Source: a bacterium (GTDB lineage: Bacteria; Patescibacteriota; Gracilibacteria; UBA1369; GCA-2718715). From it: a stretch of DNA of 64,000 nt. The notes under the pieces are model-generated. The model did not search any database. It was not told where the DNA came from and saw nothing but the letters and a program-made list of their open reading frames with translations. The stretch is from assembly GCA_002718715.1 (NCBI GenBank), contig PBFJ01000041.1:28-64027 (forward strand), in the 5' to 3' direction. Positions 20,392-31,191 of the stretch are shown here, piece after piece. The position numbers and the translations under genes were made by a program. Position 1 is the first letter of the stretch, and each line of letters opens with the position of its first letter.

Positions 20392-21390
20392 TTACTTTTG
20401 AAAAATTGTATTGGATAAAGAATCAATTTCCCAACCATTTTTCTTTAAGAGATTATAATCTTTACCTGACTTTAAACTCTTGATTTTTAAAATCCTTCTT
20501 AAACATGTACGATAATCTAATGAGTTAGTAAATCTTTGGAAAATACTTGATCTTTTGTGAAGAGGTATTTCATTTAAATCTCTATTATTTGATGAATTAA
20601 AATTAAATTTTAACTCATATTTCTCATGCAAAATATCAATTATCGAAAAATCTTGGAATTTATTTTTCTTTAGATCAGATTTATTTGATTTGTGAAACTT
20701 CATATGAAAATCAAGTCTATCTTTAAAATTAGAACCTTGATGTAATAAGAGTGGATCAAAAAATAAAGCAGTACCAATTTTCCCATCAATGACATCATAT
20801 GATTCTTTAATAGGAGAAAGGGGAAAAGGAAATGTCCTTATTAAATTATCAATTTTTTTTGATGCTATTAATGATTTATGCCCATTATATTCATATTCTT
20901 TTTTTAAAATACGAAAGCCTTTTTGAGGAAGTAGGTAAATACCAACCAAAACAACATTTCGTTGATCCGAATCTAATTGAATATTTTTTAAATCACTTTC
21001 ATAATCTCTATGCCAATTGCCTCTATAATTGAAATTACCCATACAAAATAGTCTTGCTAAATCACAACATGGATTATCCCAATCCATCAAGGCTCTGACT
21101 AAAGATCCAATCTTAGCTTCTACAAAAAAATCTTTTATATTTTCATTACAAATATTTTGATTAAAGGGAAGTTCAATTGCTGCAAGGTTATTTGTAAATA
21201 AATGATCATAATATATTCTTCTAGGTTTAAAGTCGTCTCTTATTGAGACATGCTTCATTATCTTTAATCCACTAATTGCATTATTTAAAGATTCTTTAGG
21301 TAATTTAAGATCAATTAAAGTCCAGCCTTTTTTTTTGAATTGAAGTTTATTCTCTTGAGATATTCTTGAATCAATGAAATTACTATCCAT
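20392..21390 (-). CDS. Putative PhyH-like Fe(II)/2-oxoglutarate dioxygenase
   Basis: WHRD (HxD) and distal LLHQGS..RLDFH. Confidence 0.65.
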   Translation of the reverse strand: MDSNFIDSRISQENKLQFKKKGWTLIDLKLPKESLNNAISGLKIMKHVSIRDDFKPRRIYYDHLFTNNLAAIELPFNQNICNENIKDFFVEAKIGSLVRALMDWDNPCCDLARLFCMGNFNYRGNWHRDYESDLKNIQLDSDQRNVVLVGIYLLPQKGFRILKKEYEYNGHKSLIASKKIDNLIRTFPFPLSPIKESYDVIDGKIGTALFFDPLLLHQGSNFKDRLDFHMKFHKSNKSDLKKNKFQDFSIIDILHEKYELKFNFNSSNNRDLNEIPLHKRSSIFQRFTNSLDYRTCLRRILKIKSLKSGKDYNLLKKNGWEIDSLSNTIFQK

Positions 21391-21476
21391 TAATAATTTT
21401 TATAATATTCTCTAATATTGATCATACAGCAAATTAACTCTAGTAAAATTGGTTATTCTTTTTTTGCTAATATTGT

Positions 21477-22454
21477 TTATCCAAAAAAGTTGTTTGCGAT
21501 TTCCCTGAAATTTTTATATTTGTAAATCAGATTCTTAATTTTATGTAAAATAAGTTTTGGTTTTAGTAAATATTGTTTAGTAGAATAAATACCACCATAT
21601 TGGTCAAAATTCTTAAAATAAAAAATTTTCTTTTTATATTCTAAATCTAAGGATTTTCCTAAATCATATCTTTTTATATTTTTTTGAAGATTAAAAAAAA
21701 CTTCATTGAAATTCTCATATTGTTGCATAGAAGAAAAATTAGTTATTCCTCTTGAAAATTTATTAATATTAATATTATTTAAAAAATAAACTATATTTTT
21801 ATTTAAGAAATCTGCATTAAAAGTCCTAGGGAAGTTTTTATTTTGAATCCCTTTACCAAGAATTCCAATAAAAATAATATTGGTACGATTCTTAGAAAAC
21901 TCCTGTAAATCAGAATCCATGAAACTCCTGTTAAGATAATTTTGGTAACTTGATACTCCAAATATCACTTCTCCTTCATAAAAGTTATTCAATATTTGAA
22001 TTTTTTCTATATTGAAATTGTATATTGGATAAATTTCTAAAAATATCTTATTAATTCCAAATTCGAAGTTGATTTTCCTAAAGAATTTTTGAGCATTTTT
22101 ACTAATTAATTTGTTTAATGGGCAATAACAACAAATTTGGAGATTCCATTCTGAAGGGACAAAACCTAATCTTTCTCTTTGTTCTTTGATCTGAGAAAAT
22201 AGAGACCTAAATCTCCTATGTTTTATGTCAGGATAGTTGAAGTAAATTTTAGAAATTATTTTTACTTGATTTTTTAGATTGCAAGATGCTTCTTTTATAA
22301 CTTCAAGAGATTTATCGTAGTCATTACAAGTATGAATAAACAAACCATCTCTTATTTGTATTTCTCTAAGCTTAATGTTCTCATTATTAAGATCCATTAA
22401 TCCTCCTGCAATTATATAGTCTTTTAAAAATAATTTATTCATTTTGTAGATCAA
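21477..22454 (-). CDS. Hypothetical protein, possibly a degenerate aldo/keto reductase fold
   Basis: GLFIHTCNDYDKS...IISKI weakly echoes the AKR pattern FDTAxxY..SE...TK. Confidence 0.35.
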   Translation of the reverse strand: MIYKMNKLFLKDYIIAGGLMDLNNENIKLREIQIRDGLFIHTCNDYDKSLEVIKEASCNLKNQVKIISKIYFNYPDIKHRRFRSLFSQIKEQRERLGFVPSEWNLQICCYCPLNKLISKNAQKFFRKINFEFGINKIFLEIYPIYNFNIEKIQILNNFYEGEVIFGVSSYQNYLNRSFMDSDLQEFSKNRTNIIFIGILGKGIQNKNFPRTFNADFLNKNIVYFLNNININKFSRGITNFSSMQQYENFNEVFFNLQKNIKRYDLGKSLDLEYKKKIFYFKNFDQYGGIYSTKQYLLKPKLILHKIKNLIYKYKNFREIANNFFG

Positions 22455-22710
22455 GTTTTTTACTAATATTTCTTTTTGACAAGGATATCAATATTAAAAT
22501 ATAAATCATACAATTATTTATTAAATTAAGATAATTATAAAAAATAAATCATTTTTAATGGGTATCTCCTTAAGTAAAAATTTTTTCTTATTATTAATTT
22601 TTAAAAACCTTTACAGATTTTTATTGAAAAGGATTGAGTATCTTTTGAAATTCTATATTTATAGACAAAATAATAATTTGATTTTCTTGCAATCTAATAA
22701 TTAAAATTTA

Positions 22711-23709
22711 TTATTCTTTTGATGAGATACTTTTAAGGGTACTTTTGAAATCTCTATAATAAATAGATTTTCTAAATAATTTATTTTTAAAAGTATAGTA
22801 AATTCTTCTAAATAATTTATAAAAAACATCAAAAACTTTTAGTTTCTTTCTAAGATTAAAATAAGAGCTACTTTCGTACCCAGATAGGATTTTCTTTATG
22901 TATTTTTTAGAAAGTAATGAAGCATATTTTTTCTTTATCCCTTGATTTAATAAAGCCTTAGATAATGCATCTATAAAGTCTGGTATCGCTTCAGCCAAAT
23001 TATCATCAATTAAAGTACTTTCTAGGGTGGTATCCATTAAATATCTTGCTGGATGAACTTGTCTTATTAGATAGGGATGATTTAAAAATTTCCCCTTACC
23101 CCTAATAATTGTAAGATAATTTGTAAGTATTTCAGCTGCTGTTCTTGAGGGTAAATTACTTGAAACTTTATAATCATCTTTAAGTTCTTTAGATCTATGT
23201 ACACCAAATAAATTTACTAAATAGTTAGAGGATAATTTGTCTAATCTAGTGATTAAGTTTTTATCTTCAAAAGAAAGATTACCCCAATAGTTTGAAGCAC
23301 TAATTTTAGCTTTTTTATTATTTAAAGATTTTCCATCAACAATAATAGCTTTTCCGTAAGCAACTCTAAAATCATTATTTTTTTTTAGAAAATCTGCACA
23401 TTTGATTAAACCTGAGGGAACAAAAAAGTCATCATCCCCGCTAAAAGCTGCAAAGGGTGTTTCTGTTTTGCCCATTAAAAAAAAAATTGCTTCTCTATCA
23501 GAAAAATTAATTTTATGATAATAATTTATACTTAATTCTTTTGATAAGTAATTAATCCTTTCTAGAAAAGACCTCCCATTTTTTTTAGTTGAATCACAAA
23601 TGTTAAAAACAAATTTTACTCTATTTCTGTAATAAAAATTTAAAGTTTCAAGAAGAATTTCCTGTCTGGATAAGGTAGGAATTAGAATGCTTATTTCGTT
23701 TTCTTTCAA
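22711..23709 (-). CDS. GT2-like glycosyltransferase (TIGR00180-type)
   Basis: ILIPTLSR, ICDS, TPFAAFSGDDDF, FGVHR. Confidence 0.75.
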   Translation of the reverse strand: MKENEISILIPTLSRQEILLETLNFYYRNRVKFVFNICDSTKKNGRSFLERINYLSKELSINYYHKINFSDREAIFFLMGKTETPFAAFSGDDDFFVPSGLIKCADFLKKNNDFRVAYGKAIIVDGKSLNNKKAKISASNYWGNLSFEDKNLITRLDKLSSNYLVNLFGVHRSKELKDDYKVSSNLPSRTAAEILTNYLTIIRGKGKFLNHPYLIRQVHPARYLMDTTLESTLIDDNLAEAIPDFIDALSKALLNQGIKKKYASLLSKKYIKKILSGYESSSYFNLRKKLKVFDVFYKLFRRIYYTFKNKLFRKSIYYRDFKSTLKSISSKE

Positions 23710-23978
23710 TTTTATTTATTAAATTAACTTTATTATATCTTTAATGACTACTTTTTAAAAATTATTAATTTTTAAATTTTATTTAATAAATAAACAAATG
23801 AATTTATCATTTTTATTCTTGATTTAATGCTAATTCCCAATATTTAATAAATTTTTTTATTACGACATATTGTTGTATATTTGTAAAAGGTTTCAAAAGT
23901 AACAATTTAATATGATTTTAAGATAAACCTATTCAAATTCAAAAGTAAATCTATCTTCTAACTGATCAGTATTAATTC

Positions 23979-25868
23979 ATGCTATTTATTTTAATCCTTT
24001 TAGTATTTACTTATGCAATAAAAGTATTCATCGATACCCGTGGAATTACATTTTATTCTCCTAAATTAAATACCGATAATGAAAAGATGTTAGCTTTAGC
24101 CTCTCAATTAGGCAAAGAGGGTTTATTAAGGTGGCCAGGTTCTATTCATAATTTAAACAATGGTAAAGGTAGAGCAGAACTACGGGAATTTTGGATTTTT
24201 TTCATGGCGTTTGTTCAAAAAATGTTCCCAAGGGAAAAAAGAATTAAAGAACATGTGAATATAACCTTGTCGATTATTTCGCACGGCTTTTCTACACTTC
24301 TGATTTATGGTATTTCAAATTACTTTCTTCCAAGTTATTATGCATTTTTAATATCAACAATATATTTATTTTCTACTTGGTGCACTGAAGTTGTTTTATA
24401 TCTTGGACATATAATTTACTCGCAATTTTGGTTTTTATGCTCGCTTGGTTTAATTATTTTTGCCTATATCAATCAAAATATTAGTATTTCATTTTTGTTA
24501 TGTATATTTTTTGCTGGTTTTCTATCTTCAATATGTTTTACATCCTCAAGTGCATCTAGAAAATTTCCACCGATATTGATACTAAGCCAGATTTTTATTT
24601 GTATAAATATATTTTCTGATTCTCCAGAAAAATCTCTATTAATAACATTATTATTTATTACCGCAATATTGATTCTTGCAAAAATATTTTTGACAAAAAC
24701 TTATAAATTGATTAACAAATTTATAATTTCTAAAATAAATAATAATTCTGTAGAAAGTGAGAGAAACACATTTTTAGTATTTAACTTCTTATCTCCAGTG
24801 ATAATTTTTTCCCTTATTATCGTTTTTCCTGCTTTTATAGTTAATCAACTTACATCTTATTTACAAACACAATTAGTTTTTTCTGTAGGTATTTTTAGTG
24901 GATTTTTTCTTGTCCTTATGCCAAATCCTATTAAAAATCTAAAGCGCTACATGACATTTCTAGATATTGGTTCATGGGCTTCGCATTTTTTAGCTTATCC
25001 AGATCAAAAAAAAGTTTTTGGAAAAACATTACCTCGTAATTTTAGAGGAGCTGGGTTAAGGTGGCTTCCACCATTTTTTTGGAGCTTGATGCCAATAGAA
25101 TTATTTTTATTTTTTTTGACGTTAATCTCAATGGTTTATTGCTACTTTCAAGGAGAAACGAGCTTTTTAAGTATTTTCCTTATTTTATTAATTGGAATCA
25201 TGCCAACTCTTATTGTGGAAATTACAAATGGATTACAGGTTGGCAAATCCTACTTATCTAGTTTAACTGGTCTTTTAATAACTATAGTTTTGGGGTTTAG
25301 GTTTTTTCAAATAACCTTTAATCAAGCTACGCCTTATATCTTTACTTTATTAGCTTTTTTTCAATTATTCAGACTAATAAGTAATTATAAGAAAGATCTT
25401 CTTCCTTGTAGAATGGGACCTGCTTGGTTAAGACAGTTTTTATTAAAAAATAATCTAAATAATATTTATACATACGACACTTCTTATAATAATTGCTTTG
25501 TAAGAACATTAATGTATGGATTTGAATCTGAATTGAAGGTTAACTTTGTAAAAAAAATTGATGAGTGTCCTGAAGGATCAATATTTGTAGTTCCTCCTAC
25601 TTCATCAAAGTCAGTTTCAATGGAAACCGAATCTGAGGCAATAATAAATGGTAATTTTCGCGATGATCCAACGTTGAATACTTTACTTGATAATAATTCT
25701 ATTGAAAATTATGCTATCGCAAAATTTAAAACACTTGGCAGTAGTAAATACTATGTTAATGAAAGTGAGGTTACAAGTTATAGATACCACATACTAAATC
25801 AAATAAAGGATCATGATAGAGTATTATCTTGTGGCTGGGTACTTGATCTAAAATTATTAAAAATGTGA
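23979..25868 (+). CDS. Polytopic membrane protein with soluble C-terminal domain, GT-C-like candidate
   Basis: Roughly 11-13 hydrophobic segments; stop overlaps the methyltransferase start. Confidence 0.5.
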   Translation: MLFILILLVFTYAIKVFIDTRGITFYSPKLNTDNEKMLALASQLGKEGLLRWPGSIHNLNNGKGRAELREFWIFFMAFVQKMFPREKRIKEHVNITLSIISHGFSTLLIYGISNYFLPSYYAFLISTIYLFSTWCTEVVLYLGHIIYSQFWFLCSLGLIIFAYINQNISISFLLCIFFAGFLSSICFTSSSASRKFPPILILSQIFICINIFSDSPEKSLLITLLFITAILILAKIFLTKTYKLINKFIISKINNNSVESERNTFLVFNFLSPVIIFSLIIVFPAFIVNQLTSYLQTQLVFSVGIFSGFFLVLMPNPIKNLKRYMTFLDIGSWASHFLAYPDQKKVFGKTLPRNFRGAGLRWLPPFFWSLMPIELFLFFLTLISMVYCYFQGETSFLSIFLILLIGIMPTLIVEITNGLQVGKSYLSSLTGLLITIVLGFRFFQITFNQATPYIFTLLAFFQLFRLISNYKKDLLPCRMGPAWLRQFLLKNNLNNIYTYDTSYNNCFVRTLMYGFESELKVNFVKKIDECPEGSIFVVPPTSSKSVSMETESEAIINGNFRDDPTLNTLLDNNSIENYAIAKFKTLGSSKYYVNESEVTSYRYHILNQIKDHDRVLSCGWVLDLKLLKM

Positions 25869-27079
25869 TGAAATGCAGATGCTGTGGATCTGAAAAACTT
25901 GATTTAGTACTAGACCTAGGTGACCAACCTTGGGGAAACAATTTTATTTCAATTGAAAGTGAAGAGAAAGCTAAAGATTATCCTTTAAAACTTTTTTTTT
26001 GCTGTATTTGCAAGATGTTACAGCTTGATTATGCAATACCTAAGGAAGAAATGTTCGTTAAACATACCTATTTATCTGGAACAACAAGTTCTTTGAGAAA
26101 ACACTTTTTAGAAGTAACAAATTATGCTTTAACTCAAATAAACTTAGAAAAAAATAACTACATATTAGATATAGGAGGTAACGATGGAACTTTCTTGGAA
26201 CACTTTAAAGAAATGGGCCAATCAGTCCTTAATGTTGATTCAGGATTATTGCAAGCAGAAAAGTGTAAAGAAAAAGGTATTCCTTGCCTAAATAACTTTT
26301 TTAATCAAGAATTGGCAGATGAAATTCTATCTGATTATGGATATGCGTCTGTAATTCATGGTTCAGGAATTTTTTTCCATCTTGAGGAACTTCATAGTGT
26401 TTTTTCATGTGTAAGAAAATTACTAGATCCTAAAGATGGCTTATTAATAGCTGAATTTATTTATTTACCGGACATGATAGAAAATGTTGCATATGATCAG
26501 ATCTATCATGAACATTTATTGTATTACTCTCTTTCAACTTTTCAAAATCTTCTTGATTTATATGAATTAGAAATAGTTGATGCGATACGCAAACCGATCC
26601 ATGGAGGCAGCTGTATAGCCTTTGTAAGGCATAAGGGTAAATTTGCAAAATCAAAACAACTCAACGAACTATTAAAGTATGAAGAAGAAAAAAGATTTAA
26701 TTCGATTGATATATACCTAGATTTTGCGAAAAAGGTAAAACATAATAGAGAAATTTTAAAAAATATTTTATCTGATATCAGAAGCCAAGGTAAAACAATA
26801 ATTGCTTTAGGAGCGCCCGTAAAAGGAAGTACCCTAATTAATTATTGTAATTTAACCACCAATGAGATTGATTGCGGTGTGGAGATAAACCCCCATAAGT
26901 GCGGTACATATTATCCTGGCACTTCAATACCCGTTTTCCATCAGGACGATGTTGCACCTCCAGATTATTTTCTACTGTTATCTTGGAATTTTAAAGCTGA
27001 AATTTTATCAAAAATCAAACCTATTCTGGATAATGGAACGAAGATTATTGTGCCAATTCCTTATCCACAAGTTTTATAG
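25865..27079 (+). CDS. NDP-sugar C-methyltransferase (zinc-binding, class I SAM)
   Basis: CRCCG...CCIC, DIGGNDG, YDQIYHEH, HGGS, GAPVKG, LSWNF. Confidence 0.88.
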   Translation: MMKCRCCGSEKLDLVLDLGDQPWGNNFISIESEEKAKDYPLKLFFCCICKMLQLDYAIPKEEMFVKHTYLSGTTSSLRKHFLEVTNYALTQINLEKNNYILDIGGNDGTFLEHFKEMGQSVLNVDSGLLQAEKCKEKGIPCLNNFFNQELADEILSDYGYASVIHGSGIFFHLEELHSVFSCVRKLLDPKDGLLIAEFIYLPDMIENVAYDQIYHEHLLYYSLSTFQNLLDLYELEIVDAIRKPIHGGSCIAFVRHKGKFAKSKQLNELLKYEEEKRFNSIDIYLDFAKKVKHNREILKNILSDIRSQGKTIIALGAPVKGSTLINYCNLTTNEIDCGVEINPHKCGTYYPGTSIPVFHQDDVAPPDYFLLLSWNFKAEILSKIKPILDNGTKIIVPIPYPQVL

Positions 27080-27999
27080 TGAAAGTACTTGTAACAGGTT
27101 CTTCTGGTTTTTTAGGGAAATCATTATGCAAGCATTTGGAAGCTTTGGGATATGAATTGACTAGATCAAATAGTAATATTTGTGACTTGCGAAATCCTCT
27201 TTCTCTTGAGATTTATAATCAAATTAAATTTGATCAAATATTTCATCTTGCTGCTTGGACACAAGCAGGAGATTTTTGTCTATATCATCCAGGTGAACAA
27301 TGGATCATTAATCAGAAAATCAATTCTAATCTTTTGTCATGGTGGTCAACAAAACAACCGCAGGCAAAGCTAATTTCTATTGGAACAAGTTGTTCATATG
27401 ATCCTCAATTACCTTTAATTGAGGATAATTATCTTGAAGGAAAACCTATAGATAGCCTTTATACTTATGCCATGTGTAAAAGAATGCTTCAAATTGGTAA
27501 GGTTGCTCTTTCTAAGCAATTTGGATTGACCTATCTAACAGTGGTCCCTTCGACTCTTTATGGACTTGAATATGGAACTAAAGGTAAACAAATGCATTTT
27601 ATTTTTGATTTAATTAGAAAATTTCTAGAATTTAAATACTTTAAGCGTCCAATAGTTTTGTGGGGTGATGGTAATCAAAGAAGAGAATTGGTTTTTATAG
27701 AAGATTTTATTAATAATCTTATTGAGTTAGATAAATCAGAAAATAATAATATTTTTAATATTGGTGCAGGGGAAGATTACTCAATTAAGGAATTTGCTCA
27801 AATACTTGGAAATATTACGGGGGTAAATATTTCTAATGTACAGTTTGACGAATCCAAATACGTTGGAGCTTTATCGAAAGTTTTAGATAATACGAAAATA
27901 GATTCGAAGTTACCTAAAAGATTTAAAACTAATTTAAAAGATGGATTAAATAAAGTCGTTAATGAGTTTGAGCAGAAATTTCTTTCAAACATTAATTAA
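27079..27999 (+). CDS. Fcl-like GDP-sugar epimerase/reductase
   Basis: TGSSGFLG, IGTSCSY, YAMCKR, WGDGNQRRE. Confidence 0.8.
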   Translation: MKVLVTGSSGFLGKSLCKHLEALGYELTRSNSNICDLRNPLSLEIYNQIKFDQIFHLAAWTQAGDFCLYHPGEQWIINQKINSNLLSWWSTKQPQAKLISIGTSCSYDPQLPLIEDNYLEGKPIDSLYTYAMCKRMLQIGKVALSKQFGLTYLTVVPSTLYGLEYGTKGKQMHFIFDLIRKFLEFKYFKRPIVLWGDGNQRRELVFIEDFINNLIELDKSENNNIFNIGAGEDYSIKEFAQILGNITGVNISNVQFDESKYVGALSKVLDNTKIDSKLPKRFKTNLKDGLNKVVNEFEQKFLSNIN

Positions 28000-28095
28000 T
28001 GATTATTAATAAGAATTTTATTTTTTTTAATATTTATAATTAAGGTAATTTTACAATGACAATAAGATTTAAATTAAAAGTTATATTTAATAAAT

Positions 28096-29085
28096 ATGTT
28101 GATTAGTAGAACACCTTATAGATTATCTCTTTACGGCGGAGGGCTTGATTATCCATCTTGGTTTGAGAAAAGAAATATTGAAGTCTTATGTGCTGGACTA
28201 GATTACTACTGTTATCAGGCAGTAAGGGAATTGCCACCATTTTTTTCTCATAAGTATAGAATTGCATATTCAAAAATTGAAGAAGTCAGTGAAATAAATA
28301 ATATTAAGCATCCAACAGCCAGAGAAGTAATAAGGGAATTCGGGTGTGGCAAAAGTTTGGAAATAACCTACTGCAGCGATTTACCATCAAGGAGTGGTAT
28401 AGGAAGCTCTTCCGCATTTACTGTAGGTTTGATTTCTTCCATATATGCTTTGACTAAAGAAGAGAAACTAGGGGAAGCCGAATTAGCAAGACTGGCTATT
28501 GATATAGAGCAGAATAAGACAGGAGAAACTATAGGTATTCAAGACCAATGTGCTTCAGCTTTTGGAGGATTTGTTCATATTACTGCTAATAAAGAAGGTG
28601 TGAAACCAAGAAGGATAGAAGTTAGAAAAGATTACCAAAATTATATTGAGTCTTCGCTTTTGATGGGTTTTACTGGTATTCAGAGATATTCACATCATGC
28701 ATCTAAAAAAGTTGATAATTATTTAAAGTATTCGGAACAATGTGAGAAATTAAACGAATTGCAAGAAATTTCTCAAAAAGGAATTGAGGCGTTTTCAAGA
28801 GAAGCTGATTTAGAAGAGAATGCACGACTTACTAGGCTTTGTAGAGATATTAAATTGTCCATTAATAACGATATACAAAACTCTCAGTTAATGGAAATTA
28901 TTGAAGAATCTGAAAAAGCCGGTTCATTATGTACTCGAATAATGGGAGCAGGAGGCGGAGGTTTCTTTATATGTTGGGCTCCAGAATCACGACATCAAGC
29001 AATTAAAGAAAGAATAAATGTTAAAACATGGGTTAAAGTCAAAATAAGTTCTTCAGGAAGTCAAGTAATATTATCTGAAAGATAA
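28096..29085 (+). CDS. hddA: D-glycero-alpha-D-manno-heptose-7-phosphate kinase (GHMP family)
   Basis: RTPYRLSLYGGGLDYP, LPSRSGIGSSSAF, GIQDQ, GAGGGGF. Confidence 0.85.
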   Translation: MLISRTPYRLSLYGGGLDYPSWFEKRNIEVLCAGLDYYCYQAVRELPPFFSHKYRIAYSKIEEVSEINNIKHPTAREVIREFGCGKSLEITYCSDLPSRSGIGSSSAFTVGLISSIYALTKEEKLGEAELARLAIDIEQNKTGETIGIQDQCASAFGGFVHITANKEGVKPRRIEVRKDYQNYIESSLLMGFTGIQRYSHHASKKVDNYLKYSEQCEKLNELQEISQKGIEAFSREADLEENARLTRLCRDIKLSINNDIQNSQLMEIIEESEKAGSLCTRIMGAGGGGFFICWAPESRHQAIKERINVKTWVKVKISSSGSQVILSER

Positions 29086-29263
29086 TTTGCTAATTTATTA
29101 ATTCTTTAGAATCTTTAAAAAATTACCAAGTTAAAAATAAAAAATTATGGAGATAAAGCAAAAAACTAATTTCAACAATTTTCAACGCTATAATAATAGA
29201 TATTGACAATCAAAAAGTGCTCTAATAAATCAAAGATTTAACGGTCAGAGTGAGTAAATTTCT

Positions 29264-30445
29264 ATGAAATACCCTTTAATGAAAAATAATTTATTAGAAC
29301 AGGATTTATTACCTGTAATTGAATTGTTAAAAACAAAAGATCCAATTTTAACTTCAGGTCCTAAGGTAAAGGAATTCGAAAAAGCTTGGTCTAATTGGTT
29401 AGGTGTGAAATATAGTGTTTTTGTTAATAGTGGCTCTTCAGCTAATTTATTATGTTTAGCTTTATTAAAAGAAAAATTTCCTGAGGGAGGGGATGTTATT
29501 GTTCCTCCATTCACTTGGAGTTCAGATATAAGTTCAATAATGTGGATGGGCTTTAATCCTGTATTTGTAGACATAAATTTATCTTCACTAAGCTTGAATA
29601 CTGAACTAGTTATTAAAGAGTTTGAAAAAAATAAAAATATTAAAGCTATTTTTTTAACTCATGCCCAAGGTATCAATGGCTTAAACAAAAAATTAATTGA
29701 ATTTATTAATAAAAATGATATTTTTCTAATTGAAGATGTTTGTGAATCTCATGGTGTAGTATCGGAAAATAATAAAAAAGCAGGCTCAATAGGTGACTTA
29801 TCTTGTTTCTCTTTTTATTATGCACATCATATGAGCACTATTGAAGGGGGCATGGTTTGTACAGATGATGAAGAAAAATATGAGGTTTTGAGAATGCTTA
29901 GGAGTCATGGAATGGTTAGAGAAATGGATAATCCTTTAAGAAAGAAGATTTGGATTGATAATTATAAGGATTTAAATGAAAAGTTTATTTTTACTAGACC
30001 TGCATTTAATTTAAGGAATAATGAGATAGGAGCAACTATCGGTCTCGAACAATTGAAAAGATTAGATTGGATGGTCAAAAAAAGGTCTGAAAATTTTAAA
30101 TTATTTTTAGAGTTGCTTCCTGATTGGTGTTATAAGGGCTTTGATCTTGAAGGGCAAAGTAATTACGCCTTTAATTTAATCCTAAAAGAAAAAGATGAAT
30201 ACTTAATGAGCGATTTGCAAAAACGTCTTGAGAAAAATGAGATTGAATTTAGAAGGGGTAGTGCAGGAGGAGGTAATCAGATGAGGCAGCCTTATGTTAG
30301 AGAATGTTTTAATTTTACTGAACAAGATATAAATAAAATCGCACCCGTTACGGACCATATCCATTTCTTTGGAATGTATTTAGGTAATTATCCAGAATTA
30401 AGTTCAGAATCAATTAAAGAAATTGTAAATGTAATTAATGGATAA
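29264..30445 (+). CDS. PLP/PMP-dependent GDP-4-keto-6-deoxy sugar 3-dehydratase (ColD-type)
   Basis: NSGSSANL, EDVCESHG, SFYYAHHMSTIEGG (His in place of the Schiff-base Lys), RSHG. Confidence 0.8.
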   Translation: MKYPLMKNNLLEQDLLPVIELLKTKDPILTSGPKVKEFEKAWSNWLGVKYSVFVNSGSSANLLCLALLKEKFPEGGDVIVPPFTWSSDISSIMWMGFNPVFVDINLSSLSLNTELVIKEFEKNKNIKAIFLTHAQGINGLNKKLIEFINKNDIFLIEDVCESHGVVSENNKKAGSIGDLSCFSFYYAHHMSTIEGGMVCTDDEEKYEVLRMLRSHGMVREMDNPLRKKIWIDNYKDLNEKFIFTRPAFNLRNNEIGATIGLEQLKRLDWMVKKRSENFKLFLELLPDWCYKGFDLEGQSNYAFNLILKEKDEYLMSDLQKRLEKNEIEFRRGSAGGGNQMRQPYVRECFNFTEQDINKIAPVTDHIHFFGMYLGNYPELSSESIKEIVNVING

Positions 30446-31183
30446 ATGAATTTAAATATTGTTATTCTTGCTGGTGGGAAAGGAACAAGAGTAAGAGAAG
30501 TCCTAAAGGATACACCCAAAATAATGGCCCAAATTGAGGGGAAGCCTTTTTTGGAATGGCTATTAGCTTGGATTGACTCATGGAACTTAGAAATTTCAAA
30601 AAATATTATTTTGTCTACTTGTATCGGGCAAGAAATAATAAAGAAATATTGTGAAATAAATAATTTGAATGTGAAATGTGTACCAGAGCAAAAACCTCTT
30701 GGAACACTTGGAGCACTAGCTAATGTGGCATCTATAAATAATGCTAAAAATTATTTAGTTTTAAATGGAGATACAATTTTTAAAGCAGATTTTTATAAAT
30801 TTCATAAAAGGTTCAGTTTAGAAGAGGATAAGCCCCTAATAATGTTAAAAAAAATTTTAAAGAATGATCGATACGGAGGTTTTGAACAGATTGATAATGA
30901 ATGGTTATTCAGTAAAAAAAGAACAGAATTTATATCATTAGGTGCATTTTTAATTTCAAGAGATAACTTGAAAAAAAGATGGTTAAGCGCAACTCAAATA
31001 CCTTTTGAACATGACCTCATTAACAATTGTGGGAAAGAAATTTTGATTGATGAAAACCTTTTTGGTAGAGAGCCAGTTTCAGCAGAAGTCCTTAATATCA
31101 ATACACCATTTATAGATATTGGCATACCCAAAACATTAAAAGAAGCTCAAACATTTATACCTAAAATTATTAATTTGAAGTAA
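30446..31183 (+). CDS. hddC: Heptose-1-phosphate guanylyltransferase, HddC-like
   Basis: LAGGKGTR..PK, PLGTLGA, LNGDT, FIDIG; hddA/gmhA context. Confidence 0.75.
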   Translation: MNLNIVILAGGKGTRVREVLKDTPKIMAQIEGKPFLEWLLAWIDSWNLEISKNIILSTCIGQEIIKKYCEINNLNVKCVPEQKPLGTLGALANVASINNAKNYLVLNGDTIFKADFYKFHKRFSLEEDKPLIMLKKILKNDRYGGFEQIDNEWLFSKKRTEFISLGAFLISRDNLKKRWLSATQIPFEHDLINNCGKEILIDENLFGREPVSAEVLNINTPFIDIGIPKTLKEAQTFIPKIINLK

Positions 31184-31191
31184 TTGAAACT

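Noticed and set aside
29203-29231. TTGACA -35 element upstream of the ColD-like gene
   Set aside because: No convincing -10 hexamer at 16-18 bp spacing
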